Positions 56,081-64,000 of a stretch of 64,000 nt of DNA are shown here, piece after piece. Source of the stretch: Bacilli bacterium (GTDB taxonomy: Bacteria > Bacillota_I > Bacilli_A > RF39 > UBA660); contig JAFRVB010000004.1 of NCBI GenBank assembly GCA_017441845.1, positions 3,684-67,683 on the forward strand, written 5' to 3'. The notes beneath the pieces are model-generated. The model saw only the letters and a list, made by a program, of their open reading frames with translations. It ran no database searches and had not been told where the DNA came from. The position numbers and the translations under genes are program-made. The first letter of the stretch is position 1, and every line of letters begins with the position of its first letter.

Positions 56081-56884
56081 CTATTTAAAATAACTTTCTG
56101 GAATTTCATAATTTGGTTTATCATCAATGGTCTTTTGAAGTTCATTTTTTGCTTCATCAATTTTGGCATCATAATCTAAAACAGATTGTTCCTCTTCGGG
56201 TTTTAAAAAACTACTAGGAACTTTTGTTGTAGATAATTGTTGAAGTTTACTTACAATATTTTGTGCTTCTTCAAGACGTTCATTGTATATGGGACTAGAT
56301 TGTTCAACATTTTGATTTAATACAGGAATTTGTATAAAGAAACCATTTATATCTACATTAACTCCAATAAAATTGCACATTGGAACTTCGTTTGAAACAG
56401 ATTTTCCAGAAGAAGTATTTTTGCCCATAACACCACCAGCAATTGCACCAGCAGGTCCAAGCAAAGCGCCACCAACTACAGCCTTTCCTAGAGATACATG
56501 CTTTTTTGTTTTACCAGTGGACGTTGTAATAGTTTTAAAAGAATCTTCTTTAACTACTTCAGCACCTTTTACATCAGAAAAAATATGCAAATTATCATTA
56601 ATTTTAATTTTTCCTTCAGTCATATTATATTCAAATGGTGCAGATCCACAGTTTTGCCAACGATTTTTAGTGATGGTTTCAATTTCTTTTTCTCTAGCAG
56701 TTTCCAATTCTTTTAATTTATTTTCAGCCATGGAAACTCTATTGTTGTAGTCCTTATCCTGTTCTTTGTGTATTTTTTTGCTAACATTTTCTAAATATTT
56801 AGAAAATTTTGCTTGATTAGTGCCACAGTAACCACAAAATAATTCATCATTACCTATTTCTTTTTTACATTTAACGCACTTCAT
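56081..56884 (-). CDS. Zinc-ribbon protein with a coiled coil, a bacterial PH-like segment and a glycine-zipper helix, hypothetical
   Basis: CVKCKK...FCGYCG zinc ribbon and GKAVVGGALLGPAGAIAGGVMGK glycine zipper. Start set at the Met behind AAGGAGG (revcomp of 56888-56894); the track's 56977 start adds 31 implausible residues. Confidence 0.6.
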   Translation of the reverse strand: MKCVKCKKEIGNDELFCGYCGTNQAKFSKYLENVSKKIHKEQDKDYNNRVSMAENKLKELETAREKEIETITKNRWQNCGSAPFEYNMTEGKIKINDNLHIFSDVKGAEVVKEDSFKTITTSTGKTKKHVSLGKAVVGGALLGPAGAIAGGVMGKNTSSGKSVSNEVPMCNFIGVNVDINGFFIQIPVLNQNVEQSSPIYNERLEEAQNIVSKLQQLSTTKVPSSFLKPEEEQSVLDYDAKIDEAKNELQKTIDDKPNYEIPESYFK

Positions 56885-57031
56885 AATAGCCTCCTTATCA
56901 TAGTTATTATTCCTATATAAATAATAACATAAAGGATAAAAAAAATATATAGATAAGTTTATTAATAAAATAGTCAATAAATTGACTATTTTTTATTATA
57001 AGTTTGATATAATATAAATAGAGGTGATTTT

Positions 57032-57505
57032 GTGTTAGGTTATAATGATAAAGTATTTTTATCAGTATCTAATGTAATGAATAAAGAGGGAGAAAAATAC
57101 CTAATTAATATATCTCTACCCAATAATTTTGAATATATTGGATTTCCAGATGATGTAATAAAAGTATCAGTCTATGAGAAAGAAATCAAACAATATGGAG
57201 AAGGAGATAAAGTTTTCAATATCTTAGTAGGTAAAGTAAGTACAATGGATGACTTATTTGAAGATGAAGAAATTGTTACTTTCTCTGAGATGTTAGCCGA
57301 AACAGATTATGTTAAAACAGATGATCCTGTTTGTTATTATAAAAATGACGATGGTAATTGTGTAATTTTCGCTAAGATTGAAGATGGAGATATCGTTGTT
57401 AAAGATGTAGAAGAATTAGAAGAACAAGTAATGGATATTTCATATGATTTTGAAAAAATCCAAAGAAGTATAAATAAAATAAAAAAATATGTATATAAAA
57501 AATAA
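57032..57505 (+). CDS. Acidic hypothetical protein (157 aa), first gene of the dinB cassette
   Basis: GTG start 4 nt after AGAGGTGA. It ends 13 nt before dinB. No family recognised. Confidence 0.5.
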   Translation: MLGYNDKVFLSVSNVMNKEGEKYLINISLPNNFEYIGFPDDVIKVSVYEKEIKQYGEGDKVFNILVGKVSTMDDLFEDEEIVTFSEMLAETDYVKTDDPVCYYKNDDGNCVIFAKIEDGDIVVKDVEELEEQVMDISYDFEKIQRSINKIKKYVYKK

Positions 57506-57518
57506 TTGAGGTGATAAG

Positions 57519-58721
57519 ATGAAAAGAATTATATTTCATATAGATGTTAATAATGCTTTTCTATCTTGGACTGCAGTTAAAATGTTAAATGAGGGATCCA
57601 AAGTAGATATACGAGAGATCCCTTCTGTAATTGGAGGAGATGAAAAAGCTCGTCATGGTATAGTACTAGCTAAATCTCCTGTAGCTAAAAAAATGGGTAT
57701 AAAGACTGCTATATCTTTATATGAAGCCAGAAAAATATGTCCAAAATTAAAAGTCTTTCAAGCAGACTTTTATTGGTATGGAGAATGTTCTTATAAATTA
57801 ATGAAATATTTAAGTGATTATTCTCCATCACTAGAACAATTCTCAATAGATGAATGTTTTATGGATTTTACTGGTACTAATTATCTATATAAAGACTATA
57901 TAGAATTAGCTAATAAGATAAAAGATGAAATTAAAGAAAAATTTGGTTTTACCGTTAATATAGGTATAGCTAATAATAAACTATGTGCTAAGATGGCATC
58001 TGACTTTGAAAAACCTGATAAAGTACATACTTTGTTTGATGATGAAATAGCTAAAAAACTATGGCCTCTCCCGGTAGGAGAGCTATTTATGGTGGGTAAA
58101 AGTACTACTGAAAAATTAAATAGTATGAATATTAAGACTATTAGAGATTTAGCTAATACTGATATTAAAAAATTAGAAAAAGTCTTTAAAAATCAAGCTA
58201 TTAACTTACATAATGCTGCTTGGGGAAAGGATGATTCACCAGTAGAAAGCGAAAGAAGAAAGAGAAAAAGTATCAGTACTGAGACAACTCTACCTAATGA
58301 TGAAAATGATAGAGATAAATTAAAGAAAATATTATTCTCTCAAAGTGTTGAAGTAGGTAGAAGCCTAAGAAGAAAAAAGATGTATGCTAAAACTATAGGT
58401 ATTATCTATAAAGATTTAAAATTTAGAAGAACATCTAATCAAACTACTATAGATAATCCTACTAATGATGATAAAGAGATATATAAAGTAGTATCAGATC
58501 TATTTGATTCTACTTATAACGATGAATATATACGACTAATTGGTGTAAAATTAGCTAATTTACAAGAATCAAAGGAGAAACAAATCTCAATATTTGATAA
58601 AATAGAAGAAGAGGATGATATATTCCAAGAAACTATAGATAAAATAAACAATAAGTTTGGTAAAAACATAGTTGAACCAGCATCCTTAAAAGTAATCACT
58701 GATAATAAGGAGGAGAAGTAG
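57519..58721 (+). CDS. dinB: Y-family DNA polymerase IV
   Basis: IFHIDVNNAFLSW (N-terminal catalytic Asp), SIDECFMD (DE catalytic pair), NKLCAKMASD, and HhH-like and little-finger regions. Confidence 0.85.
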   Translation: MKRIIFHIDVNNAFLSWTAVKMLNEGSKVDIREIPSVIGGDEKARHGIVLAKSPVAKKMGIKTAISLYEARKICPKLKVFQADFYWYGECSYKLMKYLSDYSPSLEQFSIDECFMDFTGTNYLYKDYIELANKIKDEIKEKFGFTVNIGIANNKLCAKMASDFEKPDKVHTLFDDEIAKKLWPLPVGELFMVGKSTTEKLNSMNIKTIRDLANTDIKKLEKVFKNQAINLHNAAWGKDDSPVESERRKRKSISTETTLPNDENDRDKLKKILFSQSVEVGRSLRRKKMYAKTIGIIYKDLKFRRTSNQTTIDNPTNDDKEIYKVVSDLFDSTYNDEYIRLIGVKLANLQESKEKQISIFDKIEEEDDIFQETIDKINNKFGKNIVEPASLKVITDNKEEK

Positions 58722-59695
58722 TGGAATTTAATTTTTCAGACATAAGTAACCTTTCTGAAGAAGAATTACTAGAAAGATTAGATCATAATCAAAGAACAGC
58801 TGTCTTCAAGAAAAGTGAATTAGAAAAATTAAAAAGTGTTAAAAATAAAAAGAAGATTGTTATCGAAACACCTCCTAAGACTTTTAGTGTGCCTAAAGAA
58901 GTATTAAAAGAAGAAGTAATAAAAGATGATTTAGATGATGAAACAGATGAATTTGAAGATGCTATAGAGTATTATTTATCAAACTTAAGAGAATTAGATA
59001 TTAATAGTATTACTAATTTAGAAGATGAATTACCACCAAGAGAACACTATGATTATAAAAAGATAATCTTAAGATTATTAATAGAATATAAAAAAGAGAT
59101 TAATGAAATAAAAGAGGTTATTGATGAAGATAAATCCTTATCAAAAGAAGAATTAATAGAGTTAAAAGAAGATATTAATAAGAATAATAAGATGATGAAA
59201 CTCTTAAAAAAATCTCTTGAACCAGTTAAAGAAGAGAAAAAAGAGCAAAAACAAAAGAATAATATAATATTTGCTAAAACTCCTGGAGGCAATGTAAGAG
59301 TAATAGAAGAATTAGAAAGTATTCCTTCAGAGTACTATCCATTATTTCAAGAATTATTTGAATCTATTGAAGATGGCACATTCAAAGGAATTAAAAGATT
59401 TACTAATAATGATGCTTTAAAAGGTACATTAGAAGTAAGAGAATTTAAAGTAAGAGTAGTATTTGCTAAATTAAGTAAGAGAGATTATATGGTTATTACA
59501 GCTTTTACTAAGAAAGTAACTAATGATAGGGGTTATTTATTACCAGTTAAAGCAAAAATATCAGAATATAGACAAGAAGAAAAAACTATTAAAGAAAAAG
59601 TAGGAGATCCTTCATTTCAAGAAGAAAATAAAGAATATAGAGATAGATTATTCTCTATGTTAGATACTAAAAAGAAGAAGGAGAAGGCACTATGA
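58721..59695 (+). CDS. Coiled-coil protein with a C-terminal RelE/ParE-superfamily (HigB/Gp49-like) domain
   Basis: Residues 181-285, IIFAKTPGGNVRVIEELESIP...LKGTLEVREFKVRVVFAKLSKRDYMVITAFTKKV...AKISEYR, follow the Gp49/HigB pattern (F..t..G..pv.efl ... L.g..glyElR....yRv.f......ivll.aF.KK). The GTG start shares its G with the dinB stop codon. Confidence 0.5.
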   Translation: MEFNFSDISNLSEEELLERLDHNQRTAVFKKSELEKLKSVKNKKKIVIETPPKTFSVPKEVLKEEVIKDDLDDETDEFEDAIEYYLSNLRELDINSITNLEDELPPREHYDYKKIILRLLIEYKKEINEIKEVIDEDKSLSKEELIELKEDINKNNKMMKLLKKSLEPVKEEKKEQKQKNNIIFAKTPGGNVRVIEELESIPSEYYPLFQELFESIEDGTFKGIKRFTNNDALKGTLEVREFKVRVVFAKLSKRDYMVITAFTKKVTNDRGYLLPVKAKISEYRQEEKTIKEKVGDPSFQEENKEYRDRLFSMLDTKKKKEKAL

Positions 59696-60450
59696 CAATA
59701 GAAGAAATTAAGAAAATAGCCCAAGATAGAATAGAAGTGTTAAAGCTTTCTTTAGAAGAAGAATCTCCATTATATGAATACTATAAAGAGTTTTTTGAAG
59801 AACATCCATTTAATAAAAAAACAGATTTATTAAATATATCAAGAACTGATCTAATGACTGCTTTCTTACTAACAACAGATCGTTTTGATAATATTAGTAA
59901 TTTAAATTTTGATTGTATAACAATGAGTCAACTTTTAGAAAGAGTATCATATGAAAACTTATATGAATGTATTTTAGCTGTAGATAAATATCTAGAAAAT
60001 TCATCAAAAGAAGAAAGACATTATAAAAAAATATTCTCTAAAATGAATAAAGGAGAATCTGATATTTATGGAGTATTTGCTCCATTAGGAGATACTATTA
60101 CTAATCAATCAAGAATAAAACTATTAGCTAAATATATCAATGAATATGAAACAGATATGACAGATGCTCTATTTCTCGCAACTATAGTTAATTATATTGA
60201 AGAATGCAAAGATAATGTAGATAAAGAATATCCAAATATAAGTGATAGAGAAAGAACTAATAAATATATGAGTGAAATTACTCATAAATTAGATCTTAAA
60301 CTATTTAATAAAAGTATAAATATAATTAAAGAATACTATAGAAAACTAAGTAATAAAGAAGTTAATAATAAGAAACAAATCCAAAGAGATATCAGAGGAT
60401 ATGAAAAAGTATTAAATGAAATAGATAGTATATTGATCAAGAAGAAATAA
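59692..60450 (+). CDS. Helical hypothetical protein (252 aa)
   Basis: ATGA overlap with the upstream stop codon. No family recognised. Confidence 0.5.
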   Translation: MTIEEIKKIAQDRIEVLKLSLEEESPLYEYYKEFFEEHPFNKKTDLLNISRTDLMTAFLLTTDRFDNISNLNFDCITMSQLLERVSYENLYECILAVDKYLENSSKEERHYKKIFSKMNKGESDIYGVFAPLGDTITNQSRIKLLAKYINEYETDMTDALFLATIVNYIEECKDNVDKEYPNISDRERTNKYMSEITHKLDLKLFNKSINIIKEYYRKLSNKEVNNKKQIQRDIRGYEKVLNEIDSILIKKK

Positions 60451-60650
60451 AGAATTATAAGAATTTCATCAAGAATATAACAGATGAAACTATAATATTA
60501 GAATTCTTAAAACTAGTTTATAAACATAATAATGAGTATTATGAAAAATTAAATAAAGAACATAAAGTTATCAATGAAGATACTAAACTACATTACTATG
60601 CCTTATTAGAAAAATATGGTATTTCAAAAGATGAAGTAGATTTATTCTCA

Positions 60651-61259
60651 ATGATGGAACACAATCTTGAAGATTTATCTGAAATGTTAAAAGAATTACA
60701 TAAAATAAGTGATAATAAAGACTTTGTTATTAAAGGTATTCAAGAAAGTAATATAGCTAGAATAAAAGACTTAGTATCATTAAAAGATAAAGGATTTATA
60801 TGGAGTCATTCTATTTATGAAAATGCTGATTTATTAGAATTAGATAGTGATAAATATAATAAAATGATTAATAGTATAGACTATGTTAATGAAAAAGGTC
60901 TAAATCCAGGAATATTTATAGATGAAGTAGAACTATTAATGGATGATAATAACATCAAAGAAAAAATAGATCTACTAGAAAAAGAAAACAAACTAATTCA
61001 ATTAAAAAATACTGAGAGTTATGAATTCTTTAATAATGATCATCTAAAAGAAAAAATAAACCTAATACGTAGATTAGATTTAGATAGATTTATGAAGGAT
61101 GATTTAGATTTATTAAATGAAGAAAACCTAGAAAGAGTAATGATACTAGGTGAAATAGACTATGAAATAGAAACTAAAGAAGAATTAATTGGTATACTTA
61201 GAGATGATAAATTCATAGTACCTGATAATAAAATAAATGATTATATCTTTAAAATATAA
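60651..61259 (+). CDS. Helical-repeat hypothetical protein; the reading frame is open from 60429 with no canonical start before 60651
   Basis: The first ATG is at 60651 with no clear SD. The same frame is stop-free for 74 codons upstream and overlaps the end of the preceding ORF, so this may be the 3' part of one larger gene. Confidence 0.4.
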   Translation: MMEHNLEDLSEMLKELHKISDNKDFVIKGIQESNIARIKDLVSLKDKGFIWSHSIYENADLLELDSDKYNKMINSIDYVNEKGLNPGIFIDEVELLMDDNNIKEKIDLLEKENKLIQLKNTESYEFFNNDHLKEKINLIRRLDLDRFMKDDLDLLNEENLERVMILGEIDYEIETKEELIGILRDDKFIVPDNKINDYIFKI

Positions 61260-61261
61260 AA

Positions 61262-61288
61262 AAGTTTGTATAAAGTGCAAACTTTTTT
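61262..61288 (+). terminator. Rho-independent terminator
   Basis: aagtttg-(9-nt loop)-caaactt hairpin followed by a T-run. Confidence 0.7.
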
Positions 61289-61315
61289 ATTTACGAAAAT
61301 TTATTAAAAAAGTCC

Positions 61316-61344
61316 TTGCATTTGTTGATATTACTTGTTATAAT
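61316..61344 (+). promoter_or_regulatory. Near-consensus sigma-A promoter of the S10 ribosomal protein operon
   Basis: -35 TTGCAT (61316-61321), 17-nt spacer ending in TGt, -10 TATAAT (61339-61344). Confidence 0.7.
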
Positions 61345-61500
61345 TAAATACGTATGACTGCATAGATGTGCGAGGTTGTTGATACGCCAGGTTAAGTTGT
61401 TAATTAGTTTAAAGAAAAACTACAAAAATGCTTAAAATGTGTATCAGGTTTTCGTACGGAGCAAGTCTATACTCGATATAGGCGAAAGGAGGATTTTTAC

Positions 61501-61818
61501 ATGTCAAAAGAAAAAGTTCGTATAAAAATCAAAGCTTACGATCACAGAATCTTAGATACAGCAGCTAAAAAAATTGTTGAAACAGTTAAGAGAACTGGTG
61601 GAGAAATATCTGGACCAGTACCACTTCCAACTGAAATTGAAAAGTTCACAATTCTAAGAGCTGTACACAAATATAAAGATTCACGTGAACAATTTGAAAT
61701 GCGTACACACAAAAGATTAATTGATATCAAAAATCCAAGCAAGGAGACTATTGATGCATTAGCTCATTTAGATTTACCAAGCGGAGTAGATATCCAAATT
61801 AAAACAATTACAAAATAA
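61501..61818 (+). CDS. rpsJ: 30S ribosomal protein S10
   Basis: [14 protein letters not shown]...ISGPVPLPT...[28 protein letters not shown]. Confidence 0.97.
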   Translation: MSKEKVRIKIKAYDHRILDTAAKKIVETVKRTGGEISGPVPLPTEIEKFTILRAVHKYKDSREQFEMRTHKRLIDIKNPSKETIDALAHLDLPSGVDIQIKTITK

Positions 61819-61833
61819 TAGGAGGAAATATTA

Positions 61834-62670
61834 ATGAAAGGAATCTTAGGTAGAAAAATCGGAATGACTCAAGTATTTACTGAAGAAGGTAAATTAATTC
61901 CGGTTACTGTAGTTGAAGTGGAACCTAACGTTGTTTCACAAATCAAGACAGTAGAAAAAGATGGTTATGATGCTATTCAATTAGCAACTGGTACTACTAG
62001 AGAAAAACTTAGCAACAAACCAAAGATGGGTCACTTAAAAAAAGCTAATACTGAACCTAAGCGCTTCTTAAAAGAAATTAGAGGAGTTAACGTTAGTGAT
62101 TACACTTTGGGTCAAGTATTAAAAGCTGAAGATGTATTTGTTTCAGGAGAAGCAGTAGATGTAACTGGAACAAGTAAAGGAAAAGGTTTCCAAGGTGCAA
62201 TTAAACGTTGGAACCAATCACGTGGACCAATGGGACATGGTTCTCAATATCATAGAGGTGTTGGTTCACTAGGTACAATGTTACCAATGCATGTTATTAA
62301 AGGTAAAAAGATGCCTGGACATATGGGTAACGTACAAACAACTATTCAAAATCTTGAAATTGTATCAGTAGATACAGAAAATAATGTCATTTTAATAAAA
62401 GGAAATATTCCTGGACCAAAGAAATCATTTGTTATGATTCGTGAAGCTGTTAAAGGTGCTAATAAAAATGATGAATACAAGTTAGTATCATATGTTGAAG
62501 AAGCACCTGAGTCTAAAGAAGTAGTTCAAGAAGAAACTGCTCCTGTAGAAGAGTCAGTTGAAGAAGCTGTTCAAGAAGTAGAAGAAACTGTTGAAGAAAA
62601 AGCTGAAGAAACTGAAGAAGCTGCAGAAGAAGTAAAAGAAGAAACTACTGAAGAAAAACCAGCTGAGTAA
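61834..62670 (+). CDS. rplC: 50S ribosomal protein L3 with a ~65-aa acidic C-terminal extension
   Basis: [15 protein letters not shown] ... [22 protein letters not shown] ... GNIPGPKK, followed by a Glu-rich tail. Confidence 0.95.
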   Translation: MKGILGRKIGMTQVFTEEGKLIPVTVVEVEPNVVSQIKTVEKDGYDAIQLATGTTREKLSNKPKMGHLKKANTEPKRFLKEIRGVNVSDYTLGQVLKAEDVFVSGEAVDVTGTSKGKGFQGAIKRWNQSRGPMGHGSQYHRGVGSLGTMLPMHVIKGKKMPGHMGNVQTTIQNLEIVSVDTENNVILIKGNIPGPKKSFVMIREAVKGANKNDEYKLVSYVEEAPESKEVVQEETAPVEESVEEAVQEVEETVEEKAEETEEAAEEVKEETTEEKPAE

Positions 62671-62725
62671 AATCATCACACAAGATAATTTGTAGATATT
62701 AAAGTGATGAAAGGAGGATTTACGG

Positions 62726-63352
62726 ATGAAAAAGGCTAAACTTTTTAACTTAAAAGGTGAAGAATTAAAAGACATTAATTTAAAAGATGATATATTTGGA
62801 ATTACTCCAAATCAAAATGTTCTAAGTGATGCTATTATTTTAAATTTAGCGGCATTAAGACAAGGAACACATAAAACTAAAAATCGTTCTGAAGTTCGTG
62901 GTGGTGGTAGAAAACCATACAGACAAAAAGGAACAGGAAATGCTCGTCAAGGTTCAAGAAGAGCAGTTCAATGGGTAGGTGGAGGAAGATATGGTACTCC
63001 AGTACCTAGAGATTATTCTATTAAACAAAATAGAAAAGAAAGTAGATTAGCATTATTAAGTGCATTATCAGAAAAAGCAGCTGATAAAGAGATCATGGTA
63101 GTTGATAATTTCAAATTAGAAACTCCTAAGACTAAAGATATGATTGAAATCTTAACTAACTTAAAAGTTGAAGATAAGAAAGTATTAATAGTAGCTAAAG
63201 AATTAGAAGAAAATTTAATCTTAGCATCTAGAAACTTAGGAAACGTAATCTTATTAGAAGCTGATGAAATTAATGTACTAGATATAGTAGCAACTAATAT
63301 TATGATTGTTACTGAAGATGCATTAAAAGAAATAGAGGAGGTGCTTAAATAA
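62726..63352 (+). CDS. rplD: 50S ribosomal protein L4
   Basis: RQGTHKTKNRSEVRGGGRKPYRQKGTGNARQGS. Confidence 0.95.
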   Translation: MKKAKLFNLKGEELKDINLKDDIFGITPNQNVLSDAIILNLAALRQGTHKTKNRSEVRGGGRKPYRQKGTGNARQGSRRAVQWVGGGRYGTPVPRDYSIKQNRKESRLALLSALSEKAADKEIMVVDNFKLETPKTKDMIEILTNLKVEDKKVLIVAKELEENLILASRNLGNVILLEADEINVLDIVATNIMIVTEDALKEIEEVLK

Positions 63353-63636
63353 TGAAAGACACTAAATATTTAGAAATAATTAAAGCACCAATCGTTACAG
63401 AAAAATCTGAATTATTAAGAAGTGAAGGTAAATATACTTTCTTAGTATCAGAAAAAGCTAACAAGATTGAAATTAAAGAAGCTATTGAAAAGTTATTTGA
63501 TGTTCATGTTAAAACATTGAAAACTATAAATATCAAAACTAAGAAAAGAAGAGTTGGTCGTTATACTGGACTAACTAATCGTGGAAAGAAAGCAATTGTT
63601 ACTCTAGCAGAGGGCGAAACAATTGAACTTGGTTAG
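63352..63636 (+). CDS. rplW: 50S ribosomal protein L23
   Basis: IIKAPIVTEKS...YTFLVSEKANKIEIKEAIEKLFDVHV. The start overlaps the rplD stop codon. Confidence 0.95.
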   Translation: MKDTKYLEIIKAPIVTEKSELLRSEGKYTFLVSEKANKIEIKEAIEKLFDVHVKTLKTINIKTKKRRVGRYTGLTNRGKKAIVTLAEGETIELG

Positions 63637-63651
63637 AAGGAGGATTAAATT

Positions 63652-64000
63652 ATGGCAATTAAAAACTATAAACCTACTACACCAGGTCTAAGAAAAATGA
63701 GTACTCTAGTTAATACTGAAATTACAAAGAGCACACCTGAGAAAAGCTTAACAGTAACTAGAAAGAAAAATTCTGGACGCAATAATCAAGGTAAAATTAC
63801 AGTTCGTCATCAAGGTGGCGGAGTAAAAAGAAAATATCGTATTATTGATTTCAAAAGAAATAAATTCGATGTACCTGGAACAGTAGCAAGCATTGAATAT
63901 GATCCTAATAGAACTGCTAATATAGCATTAATATATTATGCAGATGGAGAAAAGAGATATATCTTAGCTCCAAAGGATTTAAATGTAGGAGACAAAGTTA
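63652..64000 (+). CDS. rplB: 50S ribosomal protein L2, 5' part (runs off the window end)
   Basis: ATG at 63652 behind [24 protein letters not shown]...[28 protein letters not shown]. Confidence 0.95.
   Translation, partial: MAIKNYKPTTPGLRKMSTLVNTEITKSTPEKSLTVTRKKNSGRNNQGKITVRHQGGGVKRKYRIIDFKRNKFDVPGTVASIEYDPNRTANIALIYYADGEKRYILAPKDLNVGDKV

Noticed and set aside
56373-56750. Two + strand ORFs (125 and 72 aa) inside the zinc-ribbon gene region.
   Set aside because: They are antisense to a - strand gene that has a strong AAGGAGG RBS and recognisable motifs. Their translations are Pro/Phe/Ser-rich mirror images with no start context.
60651-61259. Impression that the last cassette protein contains mTERF-like ~30-residue helical repeats.
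   Set aside because: The impression rests only on loose visual periodicity of Leu/Ile/Asp/Lys-rich helices, which is not strong enough without a profile or structure comparison. The protein is left as a helical-repeat hypothetical.
1-64000. Search for CRISPR arrays, tRNA or rRNA genes, transposases, integrases, and long direct or inverted repeats marking mobile elements.
   Set aside because: No intergenic gap exceeds ~240 nt. No regularly spaced repeats or tRNA-like GC-rich cloverleaf segments were seen, and no recombinase or transposase motifs appear in any ORF. I cannot therefore call mobile-element boundaries for either accessory block.

Overview
This is a 64 kb chromosomal window from a very AT-rich, low-GC Gram-positive bacterium. 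It is probably an anaerobic member of the Bacillota with an Erysipelotrichales-like gene content, but that taxonomic guess has low confidence. All calls were made by eye from the ORF translations and sequence motifs; no searches were run. Coding density is high and almost everything is on the + strand. I found no rRNA, tRNA, CRISPR array, integrase or transposase.

Core genes recognised:
- prfB with its classical +1 frameshift
- ftsE, ftsX and an M23 peptidase
- uvrB and uvrA
- a yvlD-like gene, lgt, yvcK and whiA
- gap, pgk and tpiA, with pgk and tpiA separated by a two-gene insertion
- an NfnAB-like oxidoreductase pair
- dinB
- the start of the S10 ribosomal operon (rpsJ, rplC, rplD, rplW, rplB)

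Two accessory blocks stand out.

1. nt 1-6302 looks like a defence island. It holds a translationally coupled triad: a MazG-like NTP pyrophosphohydrolase, a HEPN-like protein, and a PD-(D/E)xK nuclease fused to a DUF2075 P-loop helicase. Next to it, behind its own promoter, is a Nudix hydrolase coupled to a PLD-nuclease / SF2-helicase / DUF3427 protein with the SauUSI-type (type IV, modification-dependent) restriction architecture. The triad, and the pairing of two different nucleotide pyrophosphohydrolase folds with a modified-cytosine restriction enzyme, is my best candidate for an undescribed system.

2. nt 53.3-61.3 kb lies between tpiA and the S10 operon. It contains a receiver-less Spo0A C-terminal-domain protein, an AAA/DUF4143 ATPase, two zinc-ribbon membrane proteins on the - strand, and a tightly coupled dinB cassette. 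In that cassette the Y-family polymerase is followed by a coiled-coil protein with a RelE/Gp49-like C-terminal domain and by two helical proteins separated by a frame break.
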